A stretch of 64,000 nucleotides of DNA, taken from NCBI RefSeq assembly GCF_030144855.1, contig NC_082712.1, positions 33,294,001-33,358,000 of the forward strand. The letters are read 5' to 3'. The translations under genes were made by a program, and so were the position numbers. The DNA is from Hypanus sabinus. Lineage: Eukaryota. The notes beneath the pieces are model-generated. The model searched no databases and was not told the DNA's origin. It saw only the letters and a program-made list of their open reading frames with translations. This document shows, in pieces, positions 12,006 to 25,170 of the stretch (position 1 is its first letter; each line of letters begins with the position of its first letter).

Positions 12006-13535
12006 TTCAGAGTGGGTGATTACTTTATACAACACATGTCTCTTCTGCAAAAGAACATTTTCAATGCAAACACTGAATTTAAGAAAAACAGTGCAGCGGT
12101 TTAAATAAGATATTAGGTGCTCTAAGATACATTATTTATTATTTAGTTGAACAGTTTAAATAGTGAGTACGAAAGCTTTGGAAACGGTGCAAGTTTAAAC
12201 ATGGGCCATATTACCAATTACATTGCACAGTTTATAAATGTTTATCCCTCTGAATTTGTAATCTTATCAATGTTTGCTGACCTGAGGCTGAAGGTAAGGT
12301 GTAGCACAAGTGGATCATGATAAACAGCTGCTGCTATGGCAGACCTCTTGGGGTGCATTTGAGATTTTCTAGTATAATATCTGTGAGATTTAGCTTTGCC
12401 ACTGGCTGAAGGGATACTTGTTTTCATGTTACTGTCCTAATATTTTTACTGAGCTACTTTCTTCAGGGACCAACTGAGTGCCTGCTGCTCCCCACATTCG
12501 GTGAGGAGGGGGAAGTTAAATTTAATTTTCAATTATTAAATAAAGCAAGTGCTCCCGGGAATGTGTAACTGACAAGGAGACAGTGTAAGTCTAGCATTAT
12601 CTTATTGCTTTGATAATTGGAATCATTTTATTCCCCAAGTGGGCAGACAGTGGGAATTCCCTGTGTGTGATTTGGACGTCTCCTACTATAGTTAGGATAG
12701 ATACAAAGCCAGTGGACGCCTTCGTAGCAAAATTTGACAGAATAATTTAGAAGCTGAGCCAAGATTTGACTTATTGGATCACCTTTTTAAAACTCCATTC
12801 AGTATTTCCTTTGTTCTAATAGAGGAATGTAACCAAATGTTATGGCTCAAAACACCTTTGTGACTGTTCATTGCACCCTGAAGCACTGTGTGGTCAGCAA
12901 CGTTCCATTGCTGGGTTGGGAATTACATGGCTGGATTATGGCATTGCTTGTCAATATTTGTGCAAATTGAAAGCTGCTTTTTTGTTAACATAAATTTCAA
13001 TTTACATTGGCAGTTGTCTGAGAAGCAAACTGAATAATGTATGATTTTTCTTTAGTTATGATTTTTTTTGCTTTGTAAATCCTCCAGCAGTGGAAAGGAA
13101 AATGTTTCCGAAACCATGTAGTGAATATGGATTGCAGGGGCTGGGTGGTTTTGTCTGGGGACATGAGGCACTGCAGATGCAGAAACCGGAGCAATGAGAC
13201 AAACTGCTGGGCAAGTTGTGCAGGTCAGGGAGGATTTATGGAGGCAAAGATCAGTTGATATTTCAGGTCAAGACCTCTGTGTCAGGATAGAGTGTGGAGA
13301 GAAGGTGGCTAGTATAGGAAGTGAAAGGGAGATTTGAGTCGAGGGTTGGTAGGTGATGGGTGGAACCAGATAAGAGAAGGATGATCTCATTCCAAAGACA
13401 CATGGTTCTCTTTGACGGGAGTTCAGTGAAACCCTCTCTCACTGCTCCCCATAAATAATTTCATCCGCCCTTCAACTTTTCGATCACATTTTGACCCAGA
13501 CCAGTTACTAAAGACATGTATCCTTCCTTGGAACA

Positions 13536-13812
13536 TGTCTCCATTCTCCAGCTGTGTATCCCTTTTGCCAATCACCTTTCCAGCTCTTAGCCTCCCCCTC
13601 CCCCTCCTGTCTTCTATCATTTCAGATTTCCTCCCCTCCCCCCCCAACTTTCAAATCTCTTACTATCTTTTTCAGTTAGTCCTGACGAAGGGCCTCGGCC
13701 TGAAACGTCAACAGTGCTTCTCCCTATAGATGCTGCCTGACCTGCTGTGTTCCACCAGCATTTTGTGTGTGTTGTTTGAATTTCCAGCATCTGCAGATTT
13801 CCTCGTGTTTGG
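13536..13812 (+). mobile_element. Penelope-like 3' tail/pseudo-LTR with the best-preserved sense hammerhead-like core (13682-13709)
   Basis: cCTGACGAagggcctcggcctGAAACGTC followed by gatgctgcctgacctgctgtgttccaccagcattttgtgtgtg. Shorter tail copies at about 1150-1280, 4850-4980, 9935-10065, 13165-13385(-), 14500-14840, 19635-19740(-), 44030-44140 and 49890-50105. Confidence 0.75.
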
Positions 13813-13946
13813 GTTAGGGTTAGCAAGTTGTAGGCAGGTTATATGGGTGTTGGAAGCATGGTGATTCTTGTAGGCTGATCCCAGCACTACCTCAGACTGA
13901 GTTGGTCGTTAACTCAACACAGCTTATTTCACTCTGTTTCAATGTA

Positions 13947-14465
13947 CAGTACTGTGCAAAATTGTTAGGCACATCCAGCTGAAGTGCCTCTCACTTCTGC
14001 ACAGTACTGTGGTAGTTTTATGTATTGCACTGTCGTGCTGCCTCAAAAAAAAGTTAAATTTCATGACTGATGTGAGTGATGATAAACCTGACTCTGATAT
14101 GGGTCTCTATTGTGGACTGAAAGTGGGAAGGGAGAATCATGGTTGGGAGAAGGGGAAGATAGAGGGGAGAGGGTGGGCAGCACCAGAGAGACCTTCTGTA
14201 ATGATCGATAAACCAATTGTATGGAGTCAAATGACCTTGCCTGGTGTCTCAGGGCTGGGTGTGTTCCCCTGCTCCTGACACTCCTCCTCTGCCATCTGTC
14301 CCACACCCCTCCCCATGGTGCTCCACCCTCGCCCTTCCCAATATTCTTTACTCCCACCAGATTTACGAACTTTCTCTCTGCTCCATGTTCACAAATAAGA
14401 GTGTTGTACAGAAGTCTGAGGCACCATAGCTATAAATGTATGCAGAAGACTTCTGCACAGTACTG
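13947..14465. mobile_element. Tc1/mariner-type non-autonomous element with TA TSD
   Basis: TA|CAGTACTGTGCA ... TGCACAGTACTG|TA. It interrupts a SINE tail (aatgTA/catatgaaaaataaagct). Confidence 0.75.
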
Positions 14466-16057
14466 TACATATGAAAAATAAAGCTGATCATTTGCAGCCC
14501 CCCTGCCCCTACCTGCCTGAATGTGGCCTGATTTGTATCCCTCATCTGTTTCTACCATTCACCAACTGCCTGCCTCGAGATGCCCCTCTCTACTTTTTCC
14601 TCATGTGCGCCTTCCCCCTCCTCTGCTACTGGGCTTCGCCTCCCTGTCATTGCCCCCTCACCTGCTTCCATCTGTAACTTATCACCCCTTGTCTTATTCC
14701 CCCTCTCTTGTCTCTTTATGTAGGTTATCTTCCCTCTTCATGCTTAGCCCTGATGCAGGGTCTCGACCCAAGATATTATCCACCCTTTTGTCTCCACAGA
14801 TGCTGCTTGACCTGTTGCGTTGCTCCAGTAGTTTGCTTTTTTCTCTCCCCACTGTTGATTTGATTTGTTGTTTAAGTTTGGCTCCTGTGAAGCTGAACTG
14901 GTTGCTAAATTCCCAGCATTATTCAAATTTGCAGTGAGCTGGTCACTGGCCTCCTGGGTCCCTGATTGTTTGATCTCAGCACTATTAGAAGCTGAGAATA
15001 ACCCTTCACAGCAAGTGCAGATTTCTCTGCTTCAATGAGCAAGAGAAGCCTCAGTCTGAAAAATGAACACATTGGCTGAGTGTTGTAAAGGATGGGGAAG
15101 GAGGAGGGAGACACTAATACAATTATCAGTGGGGAATCTGCTTAAAGATAATTCCTCCTGGATTTGGAAACTGTGCTTTATTGCAAATTGCGCACTGTTT
15201 GGCATACATAAACTTCGACATTGTTTGTGATTCTATTCTTTAAAAAAACCCATCTCTCGACCAAGTCTGATTTAGTTGAAAGCCTAGGCTTCCCAACAAC
15301 ATCAAAAGCTCACAGAGAGGTGCTGGAGGATTAGTTGATTCCAGCATTCCTAAAAAGGCAGGTACGTTTCGCCTATGGTAAACAGACTACCATGTAAAAA
15401 TACCTCTCACTTCTTTGAATACAGCGAGGCTATTCAATATGATGGCTAGTCTTCCCCAGACCTCAACTCCTCTGCCTTGCCAGTGCCTGTAATTCCTGAT
15501 CTTTCAAAAATGTCTATGATGCTTTTTTTTTAATGCCCCCAGTGATCTAGCTGTTACACCCCTTTGGGGCAGAGAATTCTGGAGATTCACCACCCTCTGT
15601 AAAAGAAGTTCCGATACACCTCAGTGCTTCCTAATTCTTGTAATAGATTTGAGATCCGGCTTCTAATGGAAACTTCTACAGGTTGATTGTAGTTATAGGG
15701 CTGAGTTGATGTAAAGAGATATAATGACATGGGGGTGAAACACAATTGACCATTCCTAATATTGAATTGGTATATAAAATATGATTATGGAATGATTCTT
15801 TCATTAGGGAATTGCATTCAAAATGTCTGATTTTTATGTGCTAGAGGTTAGAAAGCCTGTAGCCTACACACTCATGTCGATTGGTCTCTAGAAACTGTAT
15901 GACTGTCTTCGTATTTCTTGCAGTTTGTGTTACTATGAACCAAAGTAATTGAACATTATAAATACAGTTGTTAGAAAAATACAAAAGCAGCAGTTTTTAT
16001 AGTTTATCCTGCATTACTACTATAAATATAGTTTAATGTCTTTCTTTTATCTTTTAG

Positions 16058-16211
16058 TTTGACCACATCTTGTGCCCACCATCCTTCCCATTTCGGAAAT
16101 CCAGCAACCCTGATCTTGCTTGTGGCTCTGGCAAAACTTTGAAATTTAACAGACAGCTAAGTGAAGATGCAAAGTGTTTAAGACGAGGAAGTCTGGGGGG
16201 AGCCTTGACTG
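16058..16211 (+). CDS. MAST4: MAST-family kinase (MAST4-like) internal coding exon, 154 bp
   Basis: Polypyrimidine tract plus AG (16056-57) and GT donor (gtatgt, 16212). Translates FDHILCPPSFPFRKSSNPDLACGSGKTLKFNRQLSEDAKCLRRGSLGGALT(G), matching recalled MAST4 N-terminal LDHILSPPPMPFRKCSNPDVASGPGKSLKYKRQLSEDGRQLRRGSLGGALTG. Phase 0 to phase 1. Paralog assignment (MAST4 versus MAST3 long form) is less certain than the family call. Confidence 0.9.
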
Positions 16212-16770
16212 GTATGTAAAAATAACTTCATTTTTAAAAGCTACTTAATAGATTTAAAAACCTTTTTGTTAGTAATAATCTGCTTGATGGAAAATGAATT
16301 TTGTAAAATAGTGGAACTTTTTGTTCTACTTGTGTGTGTTCCTCCATGCTAGCATCACTTTTCATTACTGAGAAAAAATCCACTACAAAACTTTTACTCT
16401 AATTAGCTGTCTTATTTGTCTTTTTCAAAGAATTATGTACTTCATTTAGACCTGGTTGAATTAGTTTCTGAAGATCTATTGACCGATAAAAATCACTGTA
16501 TTTTTTGGTAAATATTTTGATTTGCGTTGTTTTCTATTTTTGGGTTTTCACATTAGGATGTGGGGTTGAACTTTTGTTACTGGCAGCAGTATACAATTAA
16601 AAGTTCCATATAATCCTTAAACAGTAAGAACTAAATATGTATAAATTAATAAATCATGCCTTTTTAATCCCTTCTATTAATTCGCAGTAATATGATTAAA
16701 AAAAAGCAGTGAAATATGTCTTGACTCTTTTGATACAGTTATTATAATAGAGATGATAAAGAATTGTGCT

Positions 16771-17231
16771 CATAGAAACATAGAAAATAGGTGCAGGAGT
16801 AGGCCATTCAGCCCTTCAAGCCTGCACTGCCATTCACTATGATCATGGCTGATCATCCAACTCAGAACCCTGTACCTGCTTTCTCTCCATACCCCATGAT
16901 CCCTTTAGCCACAAGGGCCATATCTAACTTCCTCTTAAATATAGCCAGTGAACTGGCCTCAACTGTTTTCTGTGGCCGAGAATTCCACAGATTCACCACT
17001 CTCTGTGTGAAGAAGTTTTTCCTCATCTTGGTCCTAAAAGGCTTCCCCTTTATCATTAAACTGTGACCCCTCGTTCTGGACTTCCCCAACATTGGAAACA
17101 ATCTTCCTGCATCTAGCCTGTCCAATCCCTTTAGAATTTTATGTTTCAATAAGATCCCCCCTCAATCTTCTAAATTCCAGTGAGTATAAGCCTAGTCGAT
17201 CAAGTCTTTCTTCGTATGAAAGTCCTGCCAT
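16771..17231 (-). mobile_element. Young CR1 LINE 3' end
   Basis: catagaaacatagaaa tail. ORF KILKGLDRLDAGRLFPMLGKSRTRGHSL...RKNFFTQRVVNLWNS. Confidence 0.92.
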
Positions 17232-17282
17232 TATTGAAAGAAGTATGTCATTAATCTGTGAAAATGGGGTGCATATCTTAAG

Positions 17283-17478
17283 TCCCGATTATGTGACCAC
17301 TGACAGTCTCTGGAGGGTATTGACTGTGGCTGGGGTCACCCATCTTGTAAAGACACTGCCCAGAAGAAGGAAGTGGCAAACCACTTCTGTAGAAAAATTT
17401 TCCGAGAACAATATGGTCATACACCACAGACAATGATTACCTGCGTCATACGACACGGCACATAATGACGATGAATGA
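17283..17478 (+). mobile_element. RTE-type 3' tail (LINE or derived SINE)
   Basis: gaagaaggaagtggcaaaccacttctg...cgacacggcacataatgacgatgaatga is an RTE/BovB-like tail. A related body is seen at about 25330-25500. Confidence 0.6.
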
Positions 17479-20042
17479 GGTGAAGTTGACTTTTGGATAA
17501 ATATTGACCAAAAAACCCCACTAATCATGCTTTAGCAGTAAAATGTTTACTCGTTTACTTAATGTTAATAATTCTTTTCGACTCTTGTATTTATTTTGGT
17601 ACAATGGTGTTAGGTTTGCAAAATTATGTTAGAGCATAGTACATGATTTAAACATTACCTGTTTCCCTAAAATATAAAACTGCTCTTAATGTGGGGTATG
17701 CTTTTCTTACAGAGCGATTGTTGCTCAAATAAAAATGGTAGTACGGTACAGATGTGTCTCAGTATAACTAGCATTTCTAATGAGGAATATAGAATGGCAA
17801 AGATCCGTGATGTAAATATTTATTGTGAGATTATGCATGCATAAAAGAGACACATGGGATGCTCATTATTAGTGTATAATGAATGGAAAACAACCCAGTA
17901 CATCTTTTTGCTATTATATTTAATATTTAAACAAATCTCATGCCTTATATTTCTTCTATTGATTCTTTGGGGAATTTCCAAATTGGACGATAAAGGTAAC
18001 ATGTATTGGGACCTGTGAAATGCTTTGTTCTGTACCAACCAAAATGATTGAATGGAATCCCTTTGTAAATGTTGACAGCTGTCATACAATAGACAAAAGA
18101 CCAATTGGAGGGTAATCATTTTGAATTATCATATTCAGTTTTTAAGACATGCCATCTAATTAATGTGGATAATCTTGTGCATATCTAGATGATGCATTTT
18201 TGTGTGAAAAGCTCAACTATGATAAACCTTCAATCAAATTGCATAGAGTATCAGCAGAGATGGAAGCAGGAAAGATAATATTCATCCATCAGAAACTTTT
18301 GATGTTGATGATGGAGACCTAAAGTTTTTGGGTTAGCTGTGAAGGAACTGCACAACCTTAGTCCCATCCCAAGGTTACCCATGAGATTTGGACTGACTTT
18401 CAGCAGATATTTCATCATGTTATGGCTGTAGACCAGATGCTGGTAAATGGGACAGCGACTTGATGTTGGCAAGGAATCTGCCTGTGTACAGTATGACTGT
18501 TTAACTCTGATATTCCTGATGTCCTTTCCAGGGATCTTGAGTGGCAGATAAGGAAATGAGTCAGTAAGGTCCTTTAACTAATCAGGTTGTAAAATCTTCG
18601 CTGTGACACCTTAGAGATTAAACCAGATACACTGTATAAGGCAGACAATTGTTTTCTTAGCTGTTTTCACTGATTTTGCTATGAATGCACAGAGAATATT
18701 ACACCATTCTCTGTGCATTGTAGCAAAATAATTGTAGTGCAGGGCTTCCCAAGCTTTTTTTTGCCATGGATCCCTACCATTAACCGAGGTGTCTGCTCCC
18801 CAGGTTGAGAGCCCGGTCCTAGTACATTCTGCCTACCTCTTATACACTTTCCAGGTAACATGCCTTTTGTAAATGGAGGTATGACAACAGTATTTTCTGT
18901 TGTTGTAGGAATGTAGAATGACTGCAGGTGGCTCCCTTTGGATCGGCTCCTCTTTGCTTCCTTCCATGTCTAGCCTTACTCCTCCTCGGAAGCTCTGCTC
19001 CTTGATCTATTACCAATATATTATCTGGAAAATTAAAATGATAATTTCAATCCTTCTACCCTTTCACATGCCTTCCTTTGCTGTCTTTTCTCCTCCCCCC
19101 CCCCACCCAACTAAAACATCTTTTTATTTCTAACTTATTGTAGTTCTGTTGGAACGCCATTGACCCAAAAATTCCCTGACCACCTGCTTTGTTCCAGGAA
19201 TTTGTTCAAATTTCGAAGTATGTTTACTATTATCATATGTGTATGTCACCATATACTACTCTGAGATTCATTTTTGTGCAGGCCGACACAGTAGAAAAAA
19301 AGTAGTGTAGTAGCATCAATGAAAAGCTACACACAAGGACTCAGAAATAACCAATGTGCAAAAGAAAACGAGCTGAAAATACAAAAAATTAATAATAATA
19401 ATAAATAATATTGAGAACGTGAGTTGTAGAGTTCTTGAATGACTGGCTCCTCTGGTATTTTGCTTTGAGAGTTATCTGATGGTAACATGTGTAAGTTGTC
19501 ATTCTGCTTTTGAATCCAGTGTGGAAACAGGCCCTTTGGCCCAAGTCATCCATGCCACCAACATTGCCCAGCAAGTTCGTCCCATCTGCCTTCATGCAGC
19601 CTATAGTCTCTCCTATCCAAGTACTTGTCCAAGCAAGAGAAGATCTGCAGATGCTGAAAAACCGGGCAACACACACAGAATGCTGGGAAGAGCCTGGCAG
19701 CCTCCATGGAAAAAAAGCACAGTTGACAATTCGGGCCGATCCAGTTGCTTTTAAACTTGGCTAATGTACCTGTCTCAACCACTATTTCTGGCACCTCATT
19801 CCAAATGCCCTCCACCCTTTGCATGAAGTCCCTCATGCTAGCTAAAGTCATGCAATTGAGTTCCATTTAATCCAGCATGTTCTGAGAAATGATGCAGTAG
19901 TAGAAATTCTAATTCTACCCTACCTAGAGACTTTAAGATCAGTTGGATTTTGCTAATGTAAGGCCACTTTGGAAAGAAGTAGTTCTGTTTTAAAGATGCA
20001 TGTGATTCTTTAGACTAATGGGAAACAAACTTTGTCCTACAG

Positions 20043-20167
20043 GAAAATACCTTCTTCCGGTTGCTTCTGCACAGGGGCCATGGCAACAGACAATGGAGAC
20101 AACAAATCTTGTTCGTATGCGCAGCCAGGCGCTGGGCCAGTCAGCTCCTTCTCTCACTGCTAGTTTG
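20043..20167 (+). CDS. MAST4: MAST-family kinase (MAST4-like) next coding exon, 125 bp
   Basis: tttgtcctacAG acceptor (20041-42) and GTAAGT donor (20168). Phase 1 start joins the previous exon in frame: (G)KYLLPVASAQGPWQQTMETTNLVRMRSQALGQSAPSLTASL. NLVRMRSQALGQSAPSLTASL is the recalled MAST4 motif. Ends at phase 0. Confidence 0.92.
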
Positions 20168-21963
20168 GTAAGTGCATCTTTTCAAAGCTTTTGCATGTGT
20201 TCATAAAATAAATAAGGCCTGTGCTTGACAGATTGAGAAAGTAGTGCAAAAAATTCTAGTCACAACATTCATTTAATGTTTTGCTGCCTTTTTATTCCCC
20301 TTAAGTTTCAAAATCTCCTTGATTTGGAATTCACTGAATTGATGAGAAGTTACCCAAATAAAGGAAGAAATCCACTCAGATATTGTATGTGTATGTCCGT
20401 TTTTGACTATAATAAATAAATAATAAATAAAGACTATAATCGTTGCAGATTTGTATGTGAACTCTGCCCTGTTTCTAAGCCTGCTTTATTTTACATTGGT
20501 GTTCATAGTTGAAAATCTGTTGCCCAATCACTTTAGGACTGAACTGTATTGGAAGTACAGAAACATCTAGATAAAATATATTGGTATTTTAATGTGGTAT
20601 TTTCATATGCCTGACATCATTCAGTATAGAAAGCAATAAAAAGAAAATGCTGTTATTGTATTTTTACAATGGTACATGGCAGCACACAGAAAATGAATGA
20701 CCTTTGGAGGTGTTGTGATCCAGTTTGGGAATTTAAGTGCAAGAACATTTTGATCTCGACAACAAATTTCATGACAAATGTCAGTGATATTAAACCTGAT
20801 TCTGAGGTTCTGATGAGAATCTTTGATCTGGTATTTGTTTGCCTGTTACAGGCAGGAGGTCATCGTATGTTAGCTGTTTTATCCCGAGCTCTGTCACAAT
20901 AAGAGATTACCAGGAAGATGCAGGGAATGATTCAATTATGTTCTCAAAGCTTTCAAAAAGTATAACATCCCTTGCAAGTCATATGAATTGTCACTCCAAG
21001 ATTACTCAATATGGGTTACAGTGAGAATTTCATTCATCAGGACAGTGCAGAAACCAAGCGTAAATGGTAGGAGGAGCATGTCATCTCCTGAGCTGCTCAC
21101 CTCCCTTGCTGTTCAGCATCAATTGTCCATCAGTGGTAAGCCTGCATTTCCCACTTCGGCCTCGTCAACTGCCTCAGAATCCACAGAACTGCAGCTGGAG
21201 GCCTGTCCCTCAATCCTGAGGGACCAGCAAAGAGCAAGAAGACTGATATTTATAAATAAAACATTGTACAGTGTAGGCACTAATAATAAATTAGATATCC
21301 AAAGTTTAGTAAAAGAGAGTCTTGTACAGAACTTTAGGGAAACTGATCCAAATGCTGATAGGGCAGGACAATTTAATTCCGAGGCATATAAAACACATGC
21401 ATCTTGTACCTTGCTTCTGCCCCCTCCTTCATCTGAGACTTGATAGCATAAAATGAAATGGGAACTCTATTAATACTGTTTCTGTGTATCAAGCACTAAC
21501 AAGTTTGCATTAGTGCAAATACCTATCCAATATTTTTGAGGGGAGATAGATGGAATCTACAAAGGATATTGTTGGATTAGGTGAGGTAGATTTTGACTGA
21601 AGGGATGTAAGGAGGGAAATGTGAGGTTAAAAACTTTGGTAGGAAGTAAAGAAGGACAGAGTTGTTGATGTAAACAGTGGCTTTGCAGTGTCATAATACA
21701 GAGGGAATATTGTGTATAGTTCTGGTCACCACACTACAAGTGGGATGTGGTAACCAATAGAGGGAATACAGAAGAGGTTTGCCAGCACTTTGCCTAGAGT
21801 GGAGGGATGTAGTTGTAAAGAGTGATTCGCCAGGCTAGGTTTACTCGCACTGAAATGTAGGAGTCTGAAGTATGAGCTTATGGAGGTTTCTAAAATTATG
21901 AAGGGCATATGGTTTGTGTATTTTGTTTTACAAACCTAGTGGGTCCTAAAAAATTTTAAACAA

Positions 21964-22562
21964 TGTCCTGTGTATGTTACTCAAAATGGCTTCTTTGGTT
22001 TGTTACAAGTAGGAATGCTTCTTTGTCGGATAAGTGTTTCTCTCGCCGTTGTTTGGCTTTAGAATGGCTGGTATGGTAATTGTATTCATTTGTTAATCAA
22101 TGGGGAATGTTATTGTGTCTTGTGATGCTGGGAACTTGGGGGAGGGGTTTTCGCGGGTTTTTGGTGTGAGGAGAGTCGGGAGGAAGACGCCGAGGAAGGT
22201 GGACGTGCACTGGACTGCTCATAAGACCACCGGGGTGGTCCCAGGTGCGACGGCGGGGCGGTCGGATGGGTCGAATGGTTCGATGGTTGAGCTCCAACGA
22301 GTGCACTAAACAGACTGAACTTTGATAAGTTGGCGCCTTTTGTTTTTGTCTGTATATATTGTATTGCTTAATGCTCTTTTAATTTTAGTAAACTCTTTAA
22401 AGTGTATTTCATAACTGTATTTGTTGTGGGTTTGATACTGTTGGCGGGCGCGAGGCATAAAACTCGATTCTCACAGCACCTGCGCGAACGGAAGGTGGGT
22501 TGGTGAGTGGCTGGATCTCCGTTTCCCCTAGACATATACCAGCCTTTTGGGTAAGTGTTACA
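21964..22562 (+). mobile_element. Solo Gypsy-type LTR related to the 5116-8947 LTRs (5' boundary approximate)
   Basis: Shares tcgaatggt...ttgagctccaacg..gtgcac...actttgataagt(t)ggcgcctttt and the cccctagac...gttaca end with the reverse complement of those LTRs. CpG-rich. TSD not resolved. Confidence 0.7.
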
Positions 22563-22724
22563 GTGATATAAAGACAGTGAAGTCTGAGGAAGAAATAAGG
22601 GATGAAACGTTTCAGGTGTTGATCTGCCCGGTGATGAAATGAAGGACCTAGACAGGACTGTTTCCCCATTTGCTCCTCAAAGCTCACACCAATTGGTTGA
22701 AATTGAGCAGTTTGGTATTGGGTG

Positions 22725-22990
22725 TCGTGGTCACATAGCGGTTAGCATAATGCAATTACAACATGGGGCATTCTGAAGTTCAGAGTTCAGTTCCGGCACC
22801 ATCTGTAAGAAATTTGAACATTCTCCCTGTGATTGCGTGGCTTTCCTTGGAAAGCTTCAGTTTTCTCCCACAGTCCAAAGACGTACCGGTTAGTGGGCTA
22901 AATTGTTCTATGATTTGGCTTGTGTTAAGTAAGTGGTTTGCAGGCTGTGCACCTCAATGAGCCAGAAGGGCCAGTTTCGTGTTGTATCAT
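22725..22990 (+). mobile_element. V-domain SINE
   Basis: A-box-like tagcggttagc, gagttcagttcc and the cccacagtccaaagacgtaccggttag core. Confidence 0.8.
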
Positions 22991-24499
22991 CATTCAATCA
23001 ATCAAAGCAGTCAGAAGCTTTCCATCTAAGATGGGGGTTTGGCCTCAAATTAGAGGGCACAGGTTTAAGGTCAGAGTGGAGACATTTATTGGAGATATTG
23101 GGACAGGATCTTTCACGCAGGATAGTGAATATCTTCTGGCTGCTGCTAACAGTGGCAGCAAATACAACGTTTAAAAGACATTTGGATGGGTGTGTGGATA
23201 GGAAAGACACGAGGCATATTGACCTAATGCGGGAAAATGGGACTATTATAGATAGCGAGAATAAAGTGGGCCGAAGGTGTCGATTCCTATGCTGTGTGTT
23301 TCTGTGATGTTATGAAATATTTACTTATTTTGTGCTTGTCTTCAGTTTCCTCCCAATTATTTCTGTTTTAAAAAAATGCTTTACATTTATGTTGTTGATG
23401 TCTTTTTGTCTGAATGTAAGTGGTTAAATTGGCAGGTATGGGAAAAATATAGTCATAAAATAAATTTAAAGTGGTCTTGATATACCAGGATATATGTGAA
23501 TCAGTGTAATATAGAGCTAGGAGTCCATGAGAGACAAGCAGCTTCTGAGTGGCCAAGGCTAACTGAAGTATTTGGGAAACAGCTAAGTCAAAGGCATAGT
23601 TGAGAAGTGGAAAAGTAATGATGTTTGACATATTTCATACCGTAACATTCTTTCCTGTATAACATAGCTGTTAGTTCTCTTCAGATTTTAATAGCTTCAA
23701 CCCTGTCCCACTTACAAATGAAAATTTTCCATTGGGTCTGTTCTGCCATTTTACTGAAGCAAGCCATCGTCATACTCCAGGTTTTCCACCGCCCTAATGC
23801 TCTCTCTGTCTTAATTACTTTTTCTGTTCTCTCTTAAATTTTTTCATGATCTACATCACATGTGTTTCTTGAGGCAAAAGTACCTGTTTATTTATTATTT
23901 TATTTATTGAGACGCAGCCCAGAATTGGCCGTTCTGCCCTTCGATCCACGCCACCCAGCAACCCCAGATTTAACCCTAGCCGAATCATGGGACAATTTAC
24001 AATGACCAGTTAACCTACCAGTTTGTATGGCTTTGAACTGTGGGAGGAAACTGCAGCACCAGGAGGAAGCCCACACAGTCAAAGGGAGAGAGTGCTTAAA
24101 AACTCCTTACAGACAGCAGTGAGAATGTTCCCAGTGTAGTTTTATTTTATTCCTCTAACTTGTTTGGTGATTTTTAAGCTGATCATCTAACTTGAGCATA
24201 AAGATGCTCACTGACTACAGCCACCCATTTTGCACTGATCCTGTTTTAATCCTTCCTTTATTCTCCAGATTGTCTTCACCCCCCCCCCCCCCACATCTCA
24301 CTTAGTGACATAGTAGGAGGAATTTATGGTGCTCAATTGACCTACCAAACTGGGAAACAAGAACATAGAATAAACCATATAATCACAGGATGAACATGAA
24401 GACTCCATACATATATCATTTGAGGTCAGGTTTGAACCCAGGCAGAAGCTCTGTCAACCACACCACTATTGTGTGTCAGAGTTCTACGTAGTTTGTTTC

Positions 24500-25170
24500 C
24501 TGAGACGGTTATAAAATTATCCACTGACATTTACTACAGAAAACGCAGTCCCATAGCTGCCTTGACTATCCCTCTCTCTATGTTGTCTCTTGTAAGAATA
24601 CCATCCCTTTCTCTCTCTGCTACATCTCTTCTCAGGATGAGACCTTTCACTCCAGGACATTGAAGTGTGCTCCTTCAGGAAATTTGACTTCCTGTTGTGG
24701 TTGATAAAGCCCTCCTTTACATTCCCTTCATTTCTTGGGCATCTGCTCTCAAGCCTCATTCATCCCTCCCCACACAACCCCTGGCACTTTGCCCTGCAAC
24801 CACAGGAGGCATAACACTTGTTCTTACACCACTGACCAGGGGCCTAAACAGCCCTTCAGGTTAAGCAAAGATTTGCGAGAACCTTCTCCAGTCTCGTCTC
24901 CTATATCCAATGCTCCAGATGAGACTCTCTCTGTTCTGGTAAGACCAAATCCTGGCTATGTTGCAAAGCACCAATGCAATGGGCATCCGTAACTTCTGGA
25001 TGCTTGCCATTTTAGCTCTTCTTCCCATTTCTCCTACTGACCAATCTGTCCTTAGGCTCTGCATGGCTAAGGTGAGGCTTAAGGCAAGCAGGAGGAACAA
25101 TACATAGTTCCGGCTGGTAGCCTAAACCCCACAGAATAAGCATTAACTACAATTTCAGATAACCTCCTAG
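24500..25170 (+). mobile_element. Degenerate Penelope-like fragment (RT C-terminus plus GIY-YIG)
   Basis: STDIYY.., ctcaggatgagacctttcactccaggac and downstream GIY-YIG-like nucleotide similarity to the 60758-62286 element. Confidence 0.7.

Noticed and set aside
20988-21443. 151-aa Ser-rich ORF just downstream of the MAST exon
   Set aside because: Non-ATG start, no recognisable MAST or other homology, and no convincing splice sites in the needed phase.
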